A stretch of DNA of 63,188 bases, counting the filler, from Stramenopiles sp. TOSAG23-2 (taxonomy: Eukaryota): NCBI GenBank assembly GCA_900128395.1. It is 17 parts of 17 records of this genome, joined end to end, with 100 filler letters (N's around TTAATTAATTAA, not from the genome) between each part and the next. Parts side by side here need not be neighbours in the genome. Positions count along the whole stretch, not along the records: positions 55,908 to 59,498 come from LT651155.1; positions 59,599 to 63,188 come from LT651156.1; 15 more parts are not named here. One strand, 5' to 3'. Under the pieces are notes generated by a model that did no database searches, was not told the DNA's origin, and worked only from the letters and a program-made list of their open reading frames with translations. Position numbers and translations under genes: made by a program. Every line of letters starts with the position of its first letter. The first letter of the stretch is position 1. Below, piece by piece: positions 55,985 through 63,188 of this stretch.

Positions 55985-57033
55985 ATTATTTTGTGTACAA
56001 AATATAAAATGTGAATTTTCAAACAATAGGTTTGAAAAATTATATTTTTTTTTAAAATACTGATATTAAAATATTATCGAGGTGAGAAAAAGATTAAAAA
56101 AGTTAATGTTTTAAAAAAAATGAATATGATAGTGGAGTGGAGAGACAAAGTGCGTACCAAAACGTACTCGTACGAAAACGGTATTTTTTTTAAAATTAAA
56201 TTTTAAAATGAGATTTCTTATTGTGATATATTATATAGTATGTACATAATACCATAATTTAGTACGAAGCTCGTAAATTGTACGGAGTACGGACGCTCTA
56301 AAATTTTCAATTTTTTTTTATTTTTCTATCAACACATGACAATTCCTACTCTCAAAAGAATGCAGTGATATTAATGGTATTTGTTTGTATACAAAATTAC
56401 AACAAGCAGACATTTCGCCATTAAAATCGATACACCATCAAAATGCACAAGTGTAGATGTAAGAGAAAACAACAACACTGTCAAAACACAACAACTATAT
56501 TTTCCATTTTTCCACATAGACACACGCCGCGCGAAGTCGCGAGAGGTCGTTCATCACATTCGAGTTGGTCCATTCTCCATCATCACCTGATGCTGTTGAA
56601 ATCTCAACCACCAACAATTCGTTTGACTTTTCATAAATTACCATGGACATAGCATTGCATTTGGATCCAATCTGCAGCAGGATTTACACACGTATAAAAT
56701 GGATATTATTGTACATACTAAACAATGTTCTGTCATATTGATAATTAAACAACAATATTAATATTGTATTTAAATTATAAATTAATACATGTTATATTTC
56801 TTGATCTCTAAATTGGAATTTATACGCATAAATATTTCATAACAACAATAAACGTAAACATGACAAATCTCTAGTTTAACGAATATTTGCTCCACCCCGT
56901 CTAAAATAGGCTGTAAATAGGCTTATGAAATGAAATATATAGATGTACACATGTCCAATATACCGATGCGATGTGTGTATCTTGTTGGAATAAGTGGAAT
57001 TAATTCAATTCAAGTACTTAGTACAGAGGAAAC

Positions 57034-59498
57034 ATGTCCTCTTTACCACCGAAATGTTTAAACGAACCAGGGGAATGGCAATATTTCTTATCGCATCACC
57101 AAGATGCGTCTAAAGATATTGCACTTGATACATTTCATTCCATGGAAAAGTTAGGTCGGTCATGTTGGTTAGATGTGAAGATGGAGGATAGAGATGTTGC
57201 TGCAATGGAAGAAGGTATTAAAAATTCAAATATTATTATTGTGATCATGTCACCTATGTATTTTACAAGAGCCTTTTGTGTAAAAGAGTTGGAATGGGCA
57301 GTTGAATATGGAAAACCAATAGTTGTGATTATTGACGTTCAACTAAAAGGAGAAATTGGTAATATTATTGGACGTTGCCCTGCAGATAAAGCATATTTAA
57401 AAGGTATTGGCAATATTAATTTTACGGAAGTATCTCGTGCAAATCCTACTATTTGGAATGCAAGTATTGAATCTATTTCAAAAGCAAAACCAAAAGTATT
57501 GACAAAGTTTGGCACTGCAATCGCATCCGACGTTACAAATGCAATAATAAAGCCCCGTAAACGTATTACTGCGGAAAAAGCAAAAGCTCGCGTTGAAACA
57601 ATAGTATATGCCAATGAAATTGATGCCAATGATATCGTAATATTAGAAGATGAATCACTTGGTATAGGTGGTTTTGGTGAAGTATTTAAAGCAAAACGTG
57701 CTGGAAGTATATGTGCTGCAAAGGTAATATTGACAGGAGGGATGAACATAAAACAGCAACATGAATTATATAAGAGCTTTCAAAAAGAATTTGCATTGAT
57801 GTGTAGCACAAATACATGCCAACGTGTTATTCGTGTATTTGGTGTTGTATTACAAATTCCTGGTAAATTAGTTTTAGTCATGGAATATGCTGAAAATGGT
57901 AGTTTACGTAAATATTTGGATCGACAAGCAGATCTTGGTGAAACTGTTGAAGCAATATTTGCTCAAAATATAATATATGATATTGCATATGGTATGAAAG
58001 AATTATATAAAAAAGGTGTACATCATCGTGATTTAAAAGCTGATAATGTATTATTGGATCGTGACATGATTGCAAAAGTTAGTGATTTTGTAAGTATTAA
58101 GTTAAAGATTGTATTTATCTGTGAATCTTCCTATTTCATATAGATATAGATTATAAATGTGCTAACAATATATATATTTACAAAATTGTATGTAATATTA
58201 TCATTATAACACAGGGACTATCAAAAGCTGATGCATTGATTACAAGTGTGTCATCTAAAGGCTCTAAAGTTGGGACCCCATCGTGGCAATCACCAGAGGA
58301 ATGGAACGATGAGGATATCATCGATGATGAAAAATGTGACATGTATTCATTTGCAATCACAATGTATGAAATTTTGACTTGCAGGTTGCCATGGCAAAAT
58401 GTTAAACCTTTGCAAATTATGACTAAAGTTTTAATCAAGCAAAAACGACCAGAATATAATAAAGATGCGGTTGCATCAAAATACGATAAGTTATGCGTTG
58501 ATTTAATGGAATCATGTTGGTCACATGATTCAAATGAACGTCCAACATTCTCAGAAATTGTTGATACGATTAAAATCTTTCAACGGAATATCAAATCGTC
58601 TAGTAAGAAAAAAAAATCTGTTTATGTCATACAAGCAGATGAGACACGAAAATTGCTGGAAGAAGAGATGGAGGAAGAATTAAATCGAAGACTAAAAATA
58701 AAGGAAAAAGAAATGAAAGAAGAGTTGGCCCGTACATTAGAAAAAGAAATGTTGGGTAAAGTTTCTAACAATGTAGAAAAAGAGGTAACAAATAATGATA
58801 TAAAAAACCAACAACAATTACCACGAAAATCAACGGGAGATTTAAAAAATGAGATTGAACGATTAAAAGCAGAAGAACGTCGGATTGAAATGGAAAAAGA
58901 GATGGAAGCATTATTGGCAAAGAAAGAAAAACGTTTAAAAGAGGAAGAGGAAGAGCGTAAACGAGTAGAAAAAGAAAAGAAGGAAGAGGAAGCACGTAAG
59001 CGGAAAGAAGCAGAGGAAGCTCGTAGAAGAAAAGAAGAGGAAGCTCTTAGAAGAAAAGAAGAAGAGGAAGCACTTAGAAGAAAAGAAGCGGAGGCACGTA
59101 AAGAGAAAGTACGTAAAACGAATGAATTAAAAGATAAATATAAAAAAGAATTTCCAGACGGTACGCCAATAGTATGTGCATGTGAAAAAGGACGTTTTGA
59201 AGATGTGAAATTATTGATTACAGGTAATAATGATGTGAATGGTAGTAATGGTAATAATAATAATAACATGACATTGAAAGAATACGTGAATCAAGTTGGT
59301 GAAGATAGTAATGGTGATAGAGATTGGACACCTTTAATGGCAGCTGCAAGATACGAACATCAAGAGATAGTTGACTATTTGGTAGATATTGCATATGTAG
59401 ATGAAACAGAGTTAGTGAGGAAATATAAAAAAGAATTTCCAGACGGTACGCCAATAGTATGTGCATGTGAAAAAGGACGTTTTGAGGATGTGAAATTA
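57034..59498 (+). CDS. TIR domain + TKL-type protein kinase + charged coiled coil + ankyrin repeats; exons 57034-58089 and 58215-59498 (3'-truncated)
   Basis: TIR: YFLSHHQ, CWLD, MEEGIKNS, IMSPMYFTRAFCVKELEWA..GKPIV. Kinase: GIGGFGEV, AAK, VMEYAENGSL, HRDLKADN, DF|G, GTPSWQSPE, DMYSF, CW...ERPTF. The intron 58090-58214 (GTAAGT, TGCTAAC, ACAG) splits DFG in frame. Ankyrin: GTPIVCACEKG, WTPLMAAA. Confidence 0.92.
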
Positions 59499-59971
59499 NN
59501 NNNNNNNNNNNNNNNNNNNNNNNNNNNNNNNNNNNNNNNNNNTTAATTAATTAANNNNNNNNNNNNNNNNNNNNNNNNNNNNNNNNNNNNNNNNNNNNAA
59601 AATGCCAATTTTATTTTTCATATATTTGTGAAAAATAGCAAATATCCGAAAATGTAGAAAAAATGATGAATATTTCCCCCATAGTGAATAGTGTTAAATG
59701 TACAGTTTTTACACGGTTTGCACAGTTTTGGAGCGTTCGAGAGAAAGGTGTGGGGACACGCATTGTTTTAGGTTGTTATTTATATTGTTTCTTTTTTCAT
59801 CCTTAAAATGTTAAAAAAAAGTTATTAAAAAACAACTCTAAAGATTCTTCTTTTTTTGTGAACGTGACAGGAATCAGATCAACAAAATCATAAAGCATTA
59901 GATAGATAGACAAATGTAAATGTCACATTAGCTAACACCACTAGCTACAATTCTTCAATAATAATACATCA

Positions 59972-61066
59972 ATGAAACGATTTCTGACAACGTTAGCAAT
60001 ACAAAAACAGTTAAACATAAAAAATGTTAAGCATGAAGGATTGTTTGGTAGTACACGTCGTCATATACATGTAAAAAATAATAAATTTATAATATTTCAT
60101 CAAAGAACTTTATCAACAAACATAAATCATAAAAAGGAAAATAAGAAGAAGAATGAAAATAATAAAAATGTAAAAAATCCAGTAACTCGAAGGATCATTT
60201 ATGGTTTAGGTAATCCAGGTAAAACATATGATGGTACAAGACATAATATTGGATTTGATATTGTTGACAATATTGCATCTAATTTTCTTCCAGTTTTTTC
60301 TTCAAATCCAGTATCATTATTATCAACACTTGAAAATATAGAGAATAATAATAATAATAATAACGACAATAATAATACCGACAACAACAACTTTGAATTT
60401 TTAGAATATCCAAATGCATCTTCATTTATTTTAGAGAAAAATGTTCATTTTATGAAAGGTATATCACGAGGATTTAATAACAAATTGGTTGATCATGATT
60501 TGACTGATTCTATCTCTGAACGAAGACAAATACGGACGGAAAAAGAAGGTGTGAAATATCCTGTCGTAGCTTTAACATTAGTAAAACCGACTACTTTTAT
60601 GAATAGAAGTGGTACTTCTGTCATGCAATTGATGGCTGATAAAAAAATACAATTAAAATCAAACACGAAAAGTATGAATTTTATGGATGACATGTTAATT
60701 ATATATGATGATGTAGAATTACCATTTGGTACTATTCGATTACTTCCAAAAGGTGGGCATGGTGGTCATAATGGAATGAAAGATATTGTAAATAGACTTA
60801 ATGGTCAAAATGTTCCACGATTACGAATTGGGATAAAACAACAAGGTATTGATATGTCTGCTAAATTTGTTCTTTCAAAGTTTGATTATGATGAACAAAA
60901 AGTCCTTCAAGATTTAAAAGATTTCGTAGCTGCACTCATTCGTGTATATATACATAGAGGTTTTGATGCTGCTTCACATTTTAATAAAATGACAGTATAT
61001 GATTTCCAAAAACATCGTAAAAAACGAAAACAGGAGTTATTAAAAAGTATGAAGAGTGAGATATGA
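59972..61066 (+). CDS. PTH1: Peptidyl-tRNA hydrolase (bacterial-type Pth1), probably mitochondrial
   Basis: GLGNPG..Y.GTRHNIGF, KPTTFMNRSG, YDDVELPFG, GGHGGHNG and RLRIGI, with a basic N-terminal extension resembling a transit peptide. Confidence 0.92.
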   Translation: MKRFLTTLAIQKQLNIKNVKHEGLFGSTRRHIHVKNNKFIIFHQRTLSTNINHKKENKKKNENNKNVKNPVTRRIIYGLGNPGKTYDGTRHNIGFDIVDNIASNFLPVFSSNPVSLLSTLENIENNNNNNNDNNNTDNNNFEFLEYPNASSFILEKNVHFMKGISRGFNNKLVDHDLTDSISERRQIRTEKEGVKYPVVALTLVKPTTFMNRSGTSVMQLMADKKIQLKSNTKSMNFMDDMLIIYDDVELPFGTIRLLPKGGHGGHNGMKDIVNRLNGQNVPRLRIGIKQQGIDMSAKFVLSKFDYDEQKVLQDLKDFVAALIRVYIHRGFDAASHFNKMTVYDFQKHRKKRKQELLKSMKSEI

Positions 61067-61228
61067 TCATATATATGATATATAATGATACGACAATATT
61101 GAATAAATATATATGCATATATATATGATTTCATGATTTCACTCTATCATATTTTAATTTTTTAGCAGGCGGAATTATATTATAAATATTATAACGCACT
61201 GTCTCTCTCTCTCTCTCTCTCTCGATTC

Positions 61229-62182
61229 TTAATACTTTGCTGCCATGTACACATATTTTCCTGTTGTTAATTTTGATAAAAGATCTTGTTGTAACATGAA
61301 TGTTGAATTTTTATCATATCGAATCAAATTATTTCTCATACAATATGATACAAACTCTGCTGCAGCTAAAATTGGTCTTGTCAATACTGATCCATGACCG
61401 CATTCCTTAATAATGGTATATTCAATCGATTCAACTTGACTTTCTTGTACAAGCATTTCATAAAATTGTTTTGCACCACCAGGTTTTGTAATTATATTTG
61501 GATCAAATTCTCCTATAGCTATTAAAACTGGACAATTTAAATTTGGTAACACGCAATCTGCAAATGTATTTGCCTTATCATATGGTTTTTTTCGTGTAGC
61601 CCCTAATGTCCGCTGTGGTTTGTTTTTATGAAATCTCATTTTTTCATGACCTTGTGGTAAATTAATATTATTACTTTGTGCTGCTAAGTATGCCATTTTA
61701 TTGCCAGCTTGTTGAATTGGTGGAGCAGCAGCACCAATTGAAATATCATATGCACATAATGCTTTGGCATATTTGCCATGTGTACTTGCAAAAACAGTTG
61801 CTACGCGTGCACCCCAACTTGAACCCCATACAATAACTTTTTCTGTAACATTTAAATATTTTAATAAATTAGCTGCATCATTACAATAAGTATCAAAATG
61901 AAATTGTTTATTATATTCTTCTTTTGATGAAGATTTATTTGTTGCTGCGTCACTATATCCAGAGCCACGACAATCATGCAATATACAAGTAATTCCTGCA
62001 TTATTTAAAATCGATGCACAGTGACTCCATCCATATATATTATGTCCTGCAGGATTGAAGCATAATACAATATTATTATTATTGTTGTTGATATCTCCTA
62101 CTACAGTATACGCTATGTTTGCATTATCATTTGTTTTGAAATATGATATATTTGATATAATTTCATTAATAGTAGCTGACAT
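61229..62182 (-). CDS. Alpha/beta hydrolase
   Basis: HDCRGSGYS, nucleophile elbow GSSWG, acid in PVLIAIGEFD, and His in CGHG. Confidence 0.88.
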   Translation of the reverse strand: MSATINEIISNISYFKTNDNANIAYTVVGDINNNNNNIVLCFNPAGHNIYGWSHCASILNNAGITCILHDCRGSGYSDAATNKSSSKEEYNKQFHFDTYCNDAANLLKYLNVTEKVIVWGSSWGARVATVFASTHGKYAKALCAYDISIGAAAPPIQQAGNKMAYLAAQSNNINLPQGHEKMRFHKNKPQRTLGATRKKPYDKANTFADCVLPNLNCPVLIAIGEFDPNIITKPGGAKQFYEMLVQESQVESIEYTIIKECGHGSVLTRPILAAAEFVSYCMRNNLIRYDKNSTFMLQQDLLSKLTTGKYVYMAAKY

Positions 62183-62770
62183 ATTGTTTATACGTATATC
62201 TATTTTTTCAAAACAAACAATAGAAAACAGAAAGAAAAAGAAAGTGTAACTGTAGTATCCTATCGATATACTGTATGTTAAAAAGTAATATTATTTATTT
62301 ATTTAGTATATGATTTACTTTTACTCTCTCAACTAACTAGGCCGGTCAAAAAGTAATATATATAAAAGAGGTAGGACTTACAAAACAATCTATAATAATT
62401 TCTATACTACTACTATTATATCAATGTCACATAGCGATAATTGCGCACTTTTTTTCTCTGAAATTTTAATGTTAATGTACACTATTCCCATGCTATAGCC
62501 TATTAAAAACATTATCCATGCGGTATCTTTTTTTCTTTTTTTTTTAGAAACAAAACAATACAACAAGCACACACAAATATATATATATATGTACATTGAT
62601 ATACTTCCATGAAATCAATTTGTTTTTAATCTCAATTTGTTTATCCTATCATATACAATCATATTTATCAAAAATAATACATTACAGACAACGATTATCA
62701 AAAGATACAAATAGATACATAAGGATATACATGTAACTTCTATCGATCATATAGTGTCTATAAAATAATA

Positions 62771-63188
62771 ATGCAAACGAAATATTATAATGAAACGTTA
62801 AAATATGTTGGGAGAATTGCAATGATAATATTAATATTAATTTATATTCAAGCATCTTCCTATGGAAAATTATGGACGAATCCAGATTGGACAATATCCA
62901 ATGTTATGGTTTATGATTTCAATTTAAAGCTTACACACTATATATTGTTTCCGTGCTTTTTAAGTATTTGTATTGTTTATTCCTTGAAATGTAAATTACT
63001 GCGTATAAGAATTGGTTCTGTTGTTGCTATCTGTGGTGGTATTGGCTTAATTTTGAATCCGGTGACAACAAAGGAAATGGAACATTTAATATGTGCATTT
63101 ATAGTATTTCTTAGCAGTTATTTTTGGTATCCTGGATGTACTGTTTTTCAATTGAAAACTTTTTGTATCTCGACTTTATTTTTCTTCG
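62771..63188 (+). CDS. Multi-pass membrane protein, 3'-truncated (possibly Frag1/DRAM/Sfk1-like)
   Basis: ATG at 62771 open to the window end: MQTKYYNETLKYVGRIAMIILILIY...WTISNV...GIGLILNP....EHLICAFIVF. It is missing from the ORF track because it has no stop. Confidence 0.6.
   Translation, partial: MQTKYYNETLKYVGRIAMIILILIYIQASSYGKLWTNPDWTISNVMVYDFNLKLTHYILFPCFLSICIVYSLKCKLLRIRIGSVVAICGGIGLILNPVTTKEMEHLICAFIVFLSSYFWYPGCTVFQLKTFCISTLFFF

Noticed and set aside
18745-59498. Apparent defence island (Sel1, PARP-like, STAND, LRR, TIR-kinase)
   Set aside because: Each gene is on a different unlinked contig, so co-occurrence in the window is not genomic clustering.
3657-59598. Regularly spaced TTAATTAATTAA elements every ~3.7 kb
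   Set aside because: Artificial linkers embedded in N runs. The periodicity reflects length-sorted contigs.
3889-62894. Numerous short antisense or overlapping ORFs in the ORF track (poly-L/S/F translations)
   Set aside because: They are shadows of real genes and of AAT/AGT/GAA low-complexity tracts on the opposite strand.

Overview
This window is not one locus. It is 17 unlinked contigs of 3,656 to 3,590 bp, sorted by decreasing length and joined by artificial 100-bp linkers (44 N + TTAATTAATTAA + 44 N), so adjacency across a linker has no biological meaning. The DNA is from an AT-rich eukaryote with the standard genetic code, short GT-AG introns and poly-Asn tracts. It is probably a protist, possibly a stramenopile single-cell genome; this is inference, with the single-cell origin supported by a 55-bp inverted k-mer signature. 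Recognisable genes are MAK21/CEBPZ, a PH+DUF547 protein, a divergent RecQ-like helicase, a Sel1-repeat protein, a dNK-like kinase, a DHRS1-like SDR, a degenerate PARP-fold protein, a C2-GRAM-myotubularin, maspardin, a SAM methyltransferase, cytosolic LeuRS, a STAND/TPR fragment, a TM-LRR-LNR protein, a kinesin, a spliced TIR-kinase-ankyrin fusion, Pth and an alpha/beta hydrolase. The best leads are (1) the TIR + kinase + coiled-coil + ankyrin fusion, (2) a GPI-anchored surface-protein gene bracketed by ~220-bp inverted repeats with a MITE-like core, (3) a cluster of three secreted precursor proteins with RRL/RKL sites, (4) the RecQ-like helicase contig, and (5) palindromic TACG..CGTA motifs in 3' flanks versus CCAG/CTGG clusters in 5' flanks. 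I saw no rRNA, tRNA or CRISPR array. All domain calls come from motif recognition by eye, with no database searches.
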